Below are positions 36,640 to 48,680 of a stretch of DNA of 64,000 bases, piece by piece. A program made the position numbers and the translations under genes. This stretch comes from Camelus ferus (taxonomy: Eukaryota), in contig NC_045700.1 of assembly GCF_009834535.1 (NCBI RefSeq), forward strand, positions 79,670,001-79,734,000, given 5' to 3'. Positions within the stretch are counted from its first letter, which is position 1. Each line of letters begins with the position of its first letter. A model generated the notes under the pieces. That model worked only from the letters and a program-made list of their open reading frames with translations, ran no database searches and was not told the origin of the DNA.

Positions 36640-36900
36640 CTAAGAGTGTTACAGGTTTAGAATGTTCCCATCACTATTTGGACCATCTTATTTAATCCTT
36701 ACAAGAATCCAATAAGGTAGGTAAGATGATAGTTAAAATATTTAACAGCGAATATGTCATAATCACCAACCAATCAGATAATGCCAGCCTCAGCCACCAC
36801 TCTGGCCATCTAGTACAGACTGGCTTGATATCAGGTATCACCATGGCTCCTTTAAATAGTGAGGAAACTTAGGTCAGAGACAGGGTAATCACCTCAAAAT
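36640..36900 (-). mobile_element. MIR SINE split by a nested MITE
   Basis: TTTAATCCTTACAAGAATCCAATAAGGTAGGTA resumes about 125 bp later at TTTAAATAGTGAGGAAACTTAGG. Confidence 0.65.
36722..36838. mobile_element. hAT-Tip100 MITE (ORSL-like) nested in MIR
   Basis: GATGATAGTTAAAATATTTAACAG...CACCAACCAATCAGA...CTGGCTTGATATCAGG resembles the recalled ORSL consensus. Confidence 0.5.
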
Positions 36901-37161
36901 TATGCAACTGAGCATTTCACCCCAAAATATATATTGAACCTGGCAAGTAACCTTCCTTTGATAAATGCTGCTTATAAGACTTACATAACGGGAGTTTTAC
37001 TATGCACACAATGGGCGAAAGAGCACTGTGCTAGGAATATAAACTCATAGAACTACTCCTAGTACTCGCACTAACTAGCTATGAGGCCTTGAGTAAAATG
37101 CTTTACCTCTCTCATTCTCAGAAAACCTCTAGCATGGATGGTAAATTCATATACCCTAGAG

Positions 37162-37346
37162 TAGGTATTCTCAACCTGGAGCAATTTTGTTTCACAAGAG
37201 ACACCTGGAAATTTTTGATTGTCACAACTTCTTGGTACAGGGGGGTGTTACCTGCACCTAGAGGTCAGGGATGCTGTTAAACATCCTAAAGTGCATAGGA
37301 CAGCCCCATAGCAAAGAATTATTAGTACCAAGGTTGAGAAACCCTG
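37162..37346 (+). mobile_element. MER20 hAT-Charlie MITE
   Basis: Ends TAGGTATTCTCAAC / GTTGAGAAACCCTG; 8-bp TSD CCCTAGAG / TTCTAGAG. Confidence 0.9.
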
Positions 37347-37602
37347 TTCTAGAGGCCAGAGAGGTAAAAGACACTGTGAGGAGTGTCAGGGATGGTGTTA
37401 GGGAGTGGTGGAGACAATAGCAAATTGCAAAGTACTTAAACTTTCTAAAGGTATTTCAAATAAAAATATTTATAAACCTACGTGGATTAAAGAGAAGACA
37501 TACGCGAGACAATTTCAACATGCTTGTGGCCTAACTATAGCCCTTGTTACAATGTTCTTTTAACGGGTAAAGATGAAAGTGTCTTCTAGTCATGCAGAAG
37601 TC

Positions 37603-37610
<8 letters not shown>

Positions 37611-37635
<25 letters not shown>
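37611..37635. repeat. (TG)12 microsatellite
   Basis: Read directly. Confidence 0.95.
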
Positions 37636-38598
37636 ATACATATGTGTTCGTAAATATACAAGGACAAAAGATTTATTTTTAAGTGTTTTCTAAAATAGAG
37701 TCTCTGTTCTTTCACTTCTTTCCCTGGTCTATACACTTACCCTCTTTCAATTATACCAGTCCCCTTCCTCTTGTTCTGGCTTTAGCAAAGGTGAAGCCCA
37801 GATGCTGCACTCCACCCACGAGAGAAACTTCTGGTTTAAGTTTTGATCCCTTCATTTTGCTTAAAGCCCCTGGGAAGGAAGGCTCTCTACCTCACATTAC
37901 TCCTTTAACCTTTAGAGACAGATGGGCTGAAAAAGACAGGTTGGCCCCACATTTATGATGTGCCCACAGAGTTATTTATGGTTTGTTTATCCGCTCAATG
38001 TGGAGCAGTTGTGGCCTATGACTTTCCACTCCAGGGTGCATTAACAGATTTGGGGGGGAATTGGCAGTGTCAAACTATATGGTTGCACTGGGCTTTTCAG
38101 CCTCCCCCTGCAAAGCAAAGTCAGCATCAGTCCCCAGGTACTCAGGCATGCTAGGATTTCTAGAAAGGCATCAATGACCCCATTGGAAAGAGGCTGGGAG
38201 AAAGGCTACAGCAGGTGAGAAGCTGATGAAAGCAGGAGGATGAATTTCTCTGCTCATCATGCTCAGAGATGGGAAGCAAGGCTGGTATAAAACTACAGAT
38301 GTGGAATGTGAGATGTCACTGCGATTTCTAAGACAGGCAGGTAAAGGCAGATGGGATATCAAGATGAAGTCTCCAAGCAAGGCTCTAGGAGCATCAGCAC
38401 ACATGGCTGGAGGGTCAGAGTTGCACTGAGGCAGTGTATTTCTGCAATGATACGAATGAATGGATTAACCAATAAAAGAAATCTTTCCTCTGGGAACTTG
38501 GCACTTTAGTTTAAGTACTTGTTCAACAACACCTCTATTTGCAAACTTCTTACCTGATAATCTGCAGGTACAAAGGCTCCCTGTTCTCTGTAGTCTAC

Positions 38599-38794
38599 CT
38601 GGGTAGATCCAGGTTTTGTGGAACCTTCAGCTTTTGCAAGTCTATGAGGACCTTTTAAGTAAAATGAATCCAAAATTACAAATGCAAAATTGCTGGGTAC
38701 TCTCCCAGGGCCTTGGAAGAAGCAGGTATTAGGGAAGGGTCCTGAAACTTAAGTTCATTGGCAGTTCATTGGCTTCTTGGTAAATCTATCCCTG
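38599..38794. mobile_element. MER63-like hAT-Blackjack MITE
   Basis: GGGTAGATCCAGGTTTTGTGG...AAAATTACAAATGCAAAATTG...CAGGGCCTTGGAAG...GTAAATCTATCCCTG; contains an 11-bp tandem duplication at 38752-38773. Confidence 0.65.
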
Positions 38795-38849
38795 CTGTTT
38801 AGAACGCTTCTCCAAGTACTAGGAGCTTGAGACAACAGGCTGGGTCCAG

Positions 38850-39020
38850 ACCCTTTCTTCTCCCCGGCCTACCATATAGCATAACCTAATCTTGAGGGCA
38901 ATATCCCATCACCTTTGCTATATTCTATTGGTTAGAAGCAAGTCACAGGTCCTGCCCACACTCAAGGGGATTATCCACAGGGTATGGATCACTGGAGGTC
39001 AGCTTACCCTGTGTGTCTTC
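38850..39020 (-). mobile_element. MaLR LTR fragment (MLT1H/I-like)
   Basis: CCCATCACCTTTGCTATATTCTATTGGTTAGAAGCAAGTCACAGGTCCTGCCCACACTCAAGGGGA. Confidence 0.75.
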
Positions 39021-40394
39021 TACTCTCCAGTTTGAAACCTCAGAGAGATGTCATTTCAGTAATTTGTTTCAGATTACTGGAGCACATTCTCATTCTGCAG
39101 ATTTGGAAAATTCTTGTCTAGCTGTGTTACAATAAAATCTAATCTGTTTAATTTAATAAAAGAAGAGCAATGCTCCCACTTTGTATGAGTTAGGACTCCT
39201 TGCAATTCCACCTGTCAGGAACACAGCTTATACCATGTATGTGTAGCTATGCAGATGTGTCTATGTAAGTATGATGCATTCAAAAGGATATCTTTAAGTG
39301 TTGATGCACAATCATAAAATAAACTTACGTACCTACATTCCAGTTTAAGAGCTAGACCATTACCAGTTCCATTCTTTCTACCTGTGTGCCTCTTCCTATC
39401 TCATCCTCCTGCCTTCCAGAGGTAAATATTCTCTAACATTCAGTTGATATAATTTCCTTGACTTGTTGATAATTTTATTACACATGTATTTAACAAAAAA
39501 GAAAGTTGTGCACCTTGGCTAAATTATGAATTTTATAAAAATGGCAAGATATATCACAAAGTTTTCTGCAACGGGGTTTTTCCACAGAACATTATGTTTA
39601 TGAGATCGATCTTTGCTGCTTTATGTAGCTGCAGATCAATCATTTCCACTCAGACTGTTTCGTTATGCTGTGCAAAGATGGCACAAAGAAATATTCATCT
39701 TTTAAGTTCTCTCCAGTTTTTACAATCATGAATAATGCTGCTGTGGACATTCTTACCTGTTTTCTAGTACACTTACATAAGAATTTTTCTGGAATACATG
39801 CCTGAAATTAAAATTATTGGGTCTTAGGGACTACAAATATTCAACTTTACAAAGAATGACAAATTGTTGGCCAAAGTCATTTTATTAATGTAGACTCAGC
39901 TTATGAGTTCCCTTTAATCTACTTTAACCCCACCAACACTTGGTGTTCCAAGACTTCTTGATATTGCCAATTAAGAAGCTTTAAAGAGCATCTCATTATG
40001 ATCTTAGTTTGTATTTTCTTGGATATTCATAGGACTAAGCATTTTATATGCTTAGTCACCATTTATATTTTCTTCCATGAAATGCTGTTTCAAATAATTT
40101 GCTTGTTTTTCTGTTGTTCATTTTTTTCTTGTTGACTTGTAGAAGCTCTTCGTATATTCCAGGGCTAAATATTCATTAATTCTTGGGTCAGTAAAATAGC
40201 TTTTCATAATATATTACTTGTTTTTCATTTTCTTTGTACTAGCCTTTAATAAAGAAAATGTTTTATTTTTATTATTGTCAAATGTATCAATCATTTCTTT
40301 GTGCTTGGTCTTTCTGCGTCTTGTTTAAGAAATTTTTCTCTATCTCAAAGGATGGGGAAAATAAAGATATTTTCTTTTATACTTTTAGTTTTTT

Positions 40395-40590
40395 AACTAA
40401 AAGAGATTTAAATGAACAAAGAGCTTAAATATCATAAAGATGTTCATAGTTAGTGATCTATATGTTCAGTATAATTCCTATTTTGAAAGTCCTAAATGAC
40501 TCTTTAGAAACTTGGCAAGTTGATTCTAAAATTTATATGGACTTACAAAGAGCAATGAATAGCCAAGACACTCCCAAAATAAAAGCATGC
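40395..40590 (+). mobile_element. Sense-strand LINE-1 ORF2 fragment inside the antisense L1
   Basis: Translates KLGKLILKFIWTYKEQ*IAKTLPK, like the L1 ORF2 motif IDKLILKFIWKCKGPRIAKTILKK. Confidence 0.75.
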
Positions 40591-40599
40591 AATAAATGA

Positions 40600-41010
40600 A
40601 TTTATTCTACCATACATCTGCATGCATATTTATGTACTGGTATAATGATAGTAATTATACCCAAATATGTATATATATATGATATACATGTATTTATTAT
40701 ACATATTTACATTATTATGTATATATAGACTATTTATATCTAACTCTATGCATTTATATAAGTATATATCACATACACATAAATTATATATATACTGTTA
40801 AGAATATACTTGTACAATTATGTAAGGATATTTATATAACATATAATTATATATACCCATACATACATAAGGATATATAAGACATGTATGTGTATAAACA
40901 TATATTTAAATCTATGGAATATGTGTTGGATTTCATCAAATGCTTTTTTGGCATCTACTGAGATGATTTTGTATATATATATATACACACATATACATAC
41001 ATATATATAT
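40600..41010. repeat. TA/TACA-rich low-complexity tract
   Basis: Runs of TATATA and TACATA read directly. Confidence 0.85.
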
Positions 41011-42589
41011 TTCCTATGTTCAATTCCATGTGGTAAATTATATTTATAGATTTCTAGTGTGCAACCACTGTTGCTTTGTGGAATGAACTTAATTTTATTA
41101 TGATGTATCATAGTTTTATATACCATTCAATTTATTTTGTTAATGTTTTGTTTTAACAATTTTACATCCACATTTGTGAGATTAACCTGTAATTTTTCTC
41201 TTTCCTTCTGTCCTTGTCTAATTTTGAAGTCAAGAGTTTACTGACCTTATAGTTAATTGAGGAGAATTTTCTCTTTTTCTATTTCTAAAAGAGTTTTCTG
41301 ATTATTGGAACAATCATTTTCTTGAAAGTTTTGTAAAACTGGGACTGACATTCAGTAAGTATACATCAGCATGCTTGTATGCAGTGTTTATGACTGAAAT
41401 GGAACATGATTATTTGGGGCACACTACACTCACTGTTAATGATTTTAAATTATACTTTGCAAAATGAGCCTGTAAAATAATTTGCTTGTTGTTTTCACAG
41501 GATTATTGTTAGCTACAGAACCAATTTTATAGAATGCCTTAGAGTTTATTTTTAATTGAGTCAAATCTGCCTGGTCATCTTTCTCATCTCTTGCTGTTTG
41601 TTTATTCTGTTTGAGACAAGCAAGAAAGAAAACTGGATTTTTGCATAAGGTATGGAAGGTGCAATTTGGCTCTGAAATGGGGTCTATTTATAATATCTCC
41701 TTTTCTTTCAAGTAATTTAAATGCTTTCTTATTAATTTTTACCATCCCACTGTTTTTACATATCCCAAATATAAGGTAAGGCATGACTCTCAGTGAGCTA
41801 TTGTTAGCACTAATAATAATCCTTTAAAAAAAAATAAAGTGCTGGAGCTCATCCCATCCATCTTCATCTTTGATTCAGAGTAGGTCTTATTAGCCAGTAG
41901 TTATCAGACAAGTGGAATATTTTTCTGATGTCATTTATCTACAGAATTATTCTTTAATTTGCCTGTACTTGCTCTTGGGCCAGCCTAAGCCCAAAGACAG
42001 TTTGATGGTCCCCTGTTCTTCACCCCAAACAGTTAGGGCACAGTTCACATTACTGCCCTACGCTGTCATTCAGATCTTATCCAGAAGCCCAAGGGAAACG
42101 TCACTCAATCCAACTCAGTGACAGGATCACGGCCCCAGGGGCTTAACTTAGAAGTGATTATTGCCAATTGAAAGTTTTTTTTTTCCCCCAAATTACCACC
42201 ATGTTGACTCTGTTATTAAACCAATCTCTCAAACTGGACTTTTAGAGTATCATCAGAATAAGGGAACATGAGTGCACTGATGGTGATGGGAATGAGAGAA
42301 GGAATTCTTCCCTCCACAGTCTACATTTCTCCTCAGCCCTTTAAGTAAGTACTGTATTGAAGTTACTCTCACCTGACTACATCCGCATTTTCTACAGATG
42401 ATTCTTCTTCACTTGTTGGACCCAGAAGGAATGAGAGCAAACCCAGACAGTGACACCAATAGACTATCACTGAGTCCCCCTTAACCAATCTGCATCCTTT
42501 GCCCAGTGAGCAATTATGATACTTTTTCTTTCTGATCTTGTATAGCAGCTATTCAAAGAGTAGAAACTATTACAGTTTTTCAAGGGTTC

Positions 42590-42945
42590 ACTAGGCACAA
42601 AAGCATTTTCCATATGTTATCTCATGTAATGCTTACAACATCCCTATGAAATTAGTATTAGTATTTCCATTTTATAGGTGAACCACTTTGAGCATAAAAA
42701 TTTTTAATTACTTGCCCAAGGTAAGTTGCAGAGCCAGGATGAAAGAGCTGCTTTCTTGCTTTATGTTACTTATCTTTACAACAACTCTATGAGGCTGTGG
42801 TGCACTTCCCATTGTACAGTGAGGAAATCAAGACACAGAGAGGTTGGTTAAGTTGTGCAACATCACAGCTAAATATCTAGCAGAGCCCGGAATGACACCA
42901 GAGCAGAGCAGCCTGAGTAGAAAGATGATGCTTTTAACCACAAAT
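42590..42945 (-). mobile_element. Two adjacent MIR SINEs
   Basis: TTACAACATCCCTATGAAATTAG...CATTTTATAGGTGAA; then CAACTCTATGAGG...CATTGTACAGTGAGGAAATCAAGACACAGAGAGGTT. Confidence 0.75.
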
Positions 42946-43277
42946 TAAGCTGCTGAATATCCTCATCTGCCAAGAAACCTAGAAGATGTGGTAACAGATT
43001 TTTTATTCCATATCACCATCCAATGCTAATAAGTTTCTGTTGCTACCCAGTCGCCCACCTGAAACTTGTATTTATATTAATACATACTGTCAGAGAATAA
43101 TGTTAGTGTAGGGCGAGAATAAGTAAATAGTGGTCTAGTTTGACAATGCAGTGAAGTGAATAGAGAAATTTATTAGCATCAACATTCAGGAGAGTCTTCT
43201 TTTGACATGTAGTTGTGACTTGTTTTGTCTTCCTTTATGTGTTGAAGAAGAAAGTGTCCGTTCTCTATCACTTAGAA

Positions 43278-43497
43278 TAGGGTTTCTCAACTCCGGCACT
43301 GTTGACATTCTGGACCAGATAATTCTTTGCTGTCTAGGGACATCCTCTGCATTGGAGAATGTTGAGCAGCAGCTCTGGCCTCTACCCGCTAGATGTGGAT
43401 ATCATTCCACCCACCCCAGTTGTGGTCATCGAAAATATCTCCAGACATTGCCAAACATCTTCCAGGGAACAAAATCACCTCTAGTTGAGAGTCACTA
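43278..43497 (-). mobile_element. MER20 hAT-Charlie MITE
   Basis: TAGGGTTTCTCAACTCCGGCACTGTTGACATT...CTCCAGACATTGCCAAA...GTTGAGAGTCACTA; flanks ACTTAGAA / ATTTAGAG. Confidence 0.9.
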
Positions 43498-43829
43498 ATT
43501 TAGAGGATCTCAGAGAGCAAACATCAAGTAATTGCTTTCCTTCTAAAATTAGACACTGCCTGTACTGAGTTGGTTAGAGTGAGCAAGAGACCCCAGGGAG
43601 GGGTCTTTAGTTAAAGTGAGAGCTTATCCTGAACCAGAGCTCAGGCAGGGTCCGGGTGCTCATGCCCTCTTCTTAGCAAGAAAAATATGAAGGGACTGAG
43701 GGGACAGCCAGAGACCAGTGGTGTGTTCTGAAGATTCAACTTCAGAGAAGCTAGAGTAAGTGTGTAGGAACATATGTTTAGTGATACAGTGATGAGGGAG
43801 AATGACACCTCTTATTTACTGAAATATCA

Positions 43830-44005
43830 TACACTTAATCATCATGAAATCCTTATGAAAACCCAATAAAGGAGGTATAGCTTATCATTTCTGTTTTCCA
43901 GATTAGGAAAGGAATGTGAAAGATGTTGAAAGACTAGCCCAAGATTAGAAGGTGAGGGAACTGGAGCAGAGGACGGAGATGTCTGACTCAAAGGTCTATG
44001 CTTTT
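43830..44005 (-). mobile_element. MIR SINE
   Basis: CTTAATCATCATGAAATCCTTATGA...TTTCCAGATTAGGAAA...ACTAGCCCAAGAT...TCTGACTCAAAG. Confidence 0.65.
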
Positions 44006-44071
44006 TCCAATACACCCTAGGGATAGAGAGAGAATTGTCTAGAGATGACACGGAGCTATCAATAGGACACT

Positions 44072-44400
44072 GTCCTTTCATTCATTCATGTAACAAAACC
44101 TATACACATCTACTCTGTGCAGAGACTATGGTATCCACCAAGGATACAGAGATTAATAAATCTGATCACACCCTCACATGTCTTAGATTAGTGAGAGAAA
44201 AAGATATATTAAAAAGTACAACGCAATGTGCTGAACACAGCAAAAAAGGTATGTATGCAGAGGCTGCTGTGAGAACACAGAAGAGGGAAACCTAATGCAG
44301 CCTTGGCAGTGTGATGGGGAGGGTCTCAGGGAAGGCTTCATGGCATGCGAGTTGAGTCCAAGATGCCAGGAGCTGAGACTTATCCTAGGAAATGACAGAA
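44072..44400 (-). mobile_element. L2 LINE 3' fragment
   Basis: TTTCATTCATTCATGTAACAA tail, GGATACAGAGATTAATAA, GGGTCTCAGGGAAGGCTTC. Confidence 0.75.
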
Positions 44401-45600
44401 ATCTCATCATTTACCACTGCAAATCAACTGCTACCAACTGCAGTTTGCATCTAACAACAGAAAAGTGCACTGAAATTTAAGTTGAAAGGAATGACAGAGT
44501 GTGTTGGGCTGGGATGTCACAGTCACTTTTCAGAGTTCACTGTCACTTTTTGGTCTCTTCACTAAAAAAAAAATGCATTTAGAAGGAATATATCAGATTC
44601 CCATCCAGAAACCTTTAATTTTGTAGCCAGTTAATTTGTTGCAGAATCCACGAACTTTGAAAGGGAATGCATGCAAAGAAATCGCTGACAAATCTAACTA
44701 ATAGGAATCAGTCAGTAGAGAAAGAAGTTTCCCACCCAAACTTTGCCCTGACAGAGTCCATGAGAAACAGCAGGCATATCCAAATAAGTGTGATTACAAA
44801 GGCAAGAACTTCACTCTGGGTCTGTAAAACGATGCGGGTGAGGGGCTGGAAAGAACATGATGAATTATTCAGGTTTAAGAGACAGTGATAAAAATGTAAA
44901 TGCAACCCTGCCACTGAACCTTTGCACCAGCTGAATAAATTCAGACCAGAAGCTGAATCAGCATCTTGCCTCTGATTAAAACCAATTGAAAGCACAAAGA
45001 CGGGAAGAAGAAAACCTCAGGAGCTCTTTGGAAAATGACAGATAAATTGATCAAGCACAACTGCAGCCCTAAGATGAAACAGTTTTACTGATACTCACCA
45101 CAAGCCCTTCCAGGTCTCTTCAAATGGAAGGACTTGTAATCAAAGAATCAGGACTTACTTAAGCCCAAAAGTGATTATTACTTCATTAATTATGGTCATG
45201 TCTGCTCTTTCATTGTGAGCACATTTAATCTTTTTCCCAAGAGCAGTACATTAGCCTCATTTCATCTTTAATCAGTATATCCCTTTCCAAGGATGCGCTC
45301 TGAGGCGCTGCTCCAAACGGCCGATCAATAGCTCTATGTGCTAAGCTGATGGCCAACGTTAGCCCTGTGCTTGGCCTAATGTGATAGTCAAGAATGCAAA
45401 ATACAAGAAAAACCTCCCCACTTGGCAATAAAAGAAAAACAACTTTTCATATCTATTCTAAAACAGATTAAGAGATATAGTATAAATGTGTGTGAGTATG
45501 TTTTTCTTACACAGCTCAGTGATTAAAAGCATGGGTTTGGAATCCAGGCTTTCTGGGTTCAAAGAAAGACCCGCCACTCACAAAACCCAGCTGTTCAACT

Positions 45601-45742
45601 NNNNNNNNNNNNNNNNNNNNNNNNNNNNNNNNNNNNNNNNNNNNNNNNNNNNNNNNNNNNNNNNNNNNNNNNNNNNNNNNNNNNNNNNNNNNNNNNNNNN
45701 NNNNNNNNNNNNNNNNNNNNNNNNNNNNNNNNNNNNNNNNNN
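45601..45742. other. Assembly gap (142 N)
   Basis: N run; preceded by the start of a sense MIR (45515-45570). Confidence 0.98.
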
Positions 45743-47249
45743 GCTTACATTAAACATATGCCACCCACCTAGGGGTTAGACAAATGGTTTGAGTGCTTAA
45801 GAGGAAAATCACCAGCCAGCCCACTGAGCCACTCATGTGCATTTGTTCAATAGCACAATCTTGTCTGTTCATTTATATTCATAGATAGAATTACATGGAG
45901 AATGGTTGACGACCATATTCTCTCTCCTTTTGGCTATAAGCCCTTAGGAGACATTTTATTGTCATGGTATAGTGAAAATGATAGAATTCTATTGACATCA
46001 GATAATAAAGCTGATAAAATGAGCCCATTCACAAATATACACAGGGACGTGCCCATTTGCCCAGAACTATGCCAACTGTGATAAGGCACAAAAGAACCAA
46101 AAAACACTGTAGAGTCTCCTAGACATTGACAACTCTTCAGGGAGAAAAAGGCTTATCCTGAACTACTGGAAGATTAAGCTATTACGTGAATTATGTAATT
46201 ACAGACAGTTATACAATAAGGCAACATATCATAATGTGCTATTTGTGGGTTAGGAACTTTCTGCAAAGGAAAAGGAGAGGTGATGAAGCCGGACTCAGGA
46301 CCCAAGTGTTGGGAGTGGTCGATGTGCACACATGTACTTACTCTACCCTCCCGCTGTCGGATAGAATTTCCTAGGCTCTACATCATTGCTCATCCTTCTT
46401 TTTCAAGGAACTATTTAAGTAGATAATGTGGGGGTGGGGGTGGAGGAAGAAACTCCTTTCATGGCAAAATGGCATCATGCAGAGATGTTGAGTTTCTCAT
46501 CCATGTCATCTTTGCATGTGGCTCGGGGGAGTTTCCTCCGTGATTGGCAGGGATCCTGCCAGGGCACTGGTGGGGCTTGAGCTGCCTCCATTGTCCATTG
46601 CAATCAGACCCAGCCCACACACACCCTGACAACATCCTGCAGCCCCGCAGCACACTCACTCCCATTCTTCTTCCTTCTGCTCTGTTTCTCCCCAGCTATC
46701 TCCAGAGTCAGCAGAAGAAGGTGAAGGTCCCCCATCAACTATGTCACACAGAGTCACCGGGGAGTGGAGGTGAATTATTTACACACCATTGTTTCCCCGA
46801 ACCAGGATTTTGTTCCTGGTCCTGCCCTCTAAGGTCACACCAGAGGGCAAAGTATGAGCCTGGCTTGCAGCCTGTGTGCCTGTCTGTCTAGGGGAAGGAT
46901 CACATTTAGGCCTGGGCATGTGAGCTATTACCTTTTTTTAAATTCAGTGTATTGGCAAGTCAGTGACATAGATCCAGGGAAGTTCAGACAAAAGCTTCCT
47001 CCTCGCCACTGCCCAGTAGCGCTCTCTAATCTTCCTCCATCAAACAGTTTGTCCTCTTTGCCTAAACATTTCTACTTTGGAAGGACAACCTGCCCAGGCT
47101 GATTCGTCAGCTGTGGTTTTCAGCCACAAGGAGTAATAGGCTGGACTTACTTCCTTTGTGTGAAATTCCTGTCTGAGTGACCTCACCTTTCAATGAACTA
47201 GGTCATAAACTGCACCAACTCTCTCTTTTCTGGTACCACAGACCCATTC

Positions 47250-47530
47250 TGAGCCCAAGGTACTGTGCTAGGTGCTGGATAAGAATTTTAAAAAAATAAG
47301 TCATATCTAATTCTTGCCCTCAAGTTGATAGTAATTTAGTAATACTATGGGACTGGTAGGAATTGGGGGCAACAATATCAATTATTATAATATAAGGCAG
47401 AAGCCCAGGTAGATAACTCAGGAAAAGTTTTGAAAGTTGTAGGCAAAAGGAACAGCATAAGCAAAGGCATGGATGCAGGAGAGGCCATGGGTATTTGCAG
47501 ACCAGCGAGCAGAAGTGTAGGGATGTCATA
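47250..47530 (-). mobile_element. L2 LINE fragment
   Basis: GGTACTGTGCTAGGTGCTGGA, CTTGCCCTCAAGTT, GGAACAGCATAAGCAAAGGCATGGA. Confidence 0.7.
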
Positions 47531-48499
47531 GGTCACTAAAAAGCACACTCTTAGGTGAAGCAGAGAATTTCAGAGAACAGGCTGCCAACTGTTCCTCTCT
47601 TAAGATTTTGACTCTTGCCCTCTCAGATACCACACTCAATTTGGGGCCCACTTCACATTAGTTTCTTGAAGCTCAAAATACATAATAAAGCCCTTAAGAG
47701 TTGTCCCAGATACTGAGCCCTTGTGGTTTCTAAAAGTCAGAGAATCATTACTCAGGAGGGAAAGACGCATGAGCTATTCGCCCTGCCCATCAGCGCCTGG
47801 AAAGGAACATAGTAAAGTTGCTGGGCAGAGGAGAGTCTCACATAGAACAGCCGGGATACGTTTTCCTATCTCGCTAATAGTAAAAACTAGAAAACTATAC
47901 AGTTACTTAAACTACCAATCATTAGAATGGGCCCCTTTGGGAACCAAGGTATAAACAGACTAAATAATTTTGTCAAGAGTTCTTTGAAAGGGACTGTCTG
48001 CTAAGTGGGAAACTGGCTCCACTTGTGTTTCTAAACTCAAATCATGTTGTGGCCCAGGAAACTATTTCTATTCCATGACATGGATGGCAGGAACAAAGAG
48101 GAGGAGAAAGATAGGAAAGGAAAGAGATGCGAGGTCCCTGGGGAACAGAGCAAGGAAGCCAGGGAGAAGGCAAGACGGAAGAAGAGATTGCTTTTGCAGC
48201 ACAGGGGCCAGGATTCAGAAAAGATTGAACCGGAATCACTCTGAATTCTAGCAGTGTGACTATCTTAAGTGAGCTTTTCAGTTTTGTGACAAAAATATGG
48301 GCATTGTCATTTCGGTCATAAGGTAAATAAGATAACAGGCTAGACTTCCCTGGTTAGAAGGATGGAGCTGGGTGTCAGCTTTAGGATGAGTGTGCCTCAC
48401 CAGGGACCTCCAAATACAGAGACAAGGAGATCCTCACTGGGGCCCTGGGTCGTGAGAGCTGGCGTCTTTGCCCAGCACCCTGCTTTATAGCAAGGGCTT

Positions 48500-48680
48500 G
48501 GAACCATGTCAAATGAAAAAAGATCTGAAATGATTCTAGCTCTTCACCACCAACTAGCTGTGTGACTTTCCCCTTTGTAACAAAACCCAAACCAGTCAGA
48601 TTAAAACTACCAGCCCGTTGAATGAGATAATTTATATGACAGTGCCTTGAAGTAAATAAAAATCACTGTGTCCTAGTAAG
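48500..48680 (+). mobile_element. MIR SINE
   Basis: GATTCTAGCTCTTCACCACCAACTAGCTGTGTGACTTT...GAATGAGATAAT. Confidence 0.6.

Larger units (their letters stand above)
39300..41580 (-). mobile_element. Old LINE-1 (L1ME-like) 3' UTR and ORF2 remnant, interrupted
   Basis: Minus ORF 40818-41126 contains IHHNKIKFIP...IISVDAKKAFDEIQH, matching the L1 RT motif IHHDQVGFIP...IISIDAEKAFDKIQH; antisense 3' end text at 39300-40340. Confidence 0.85.
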
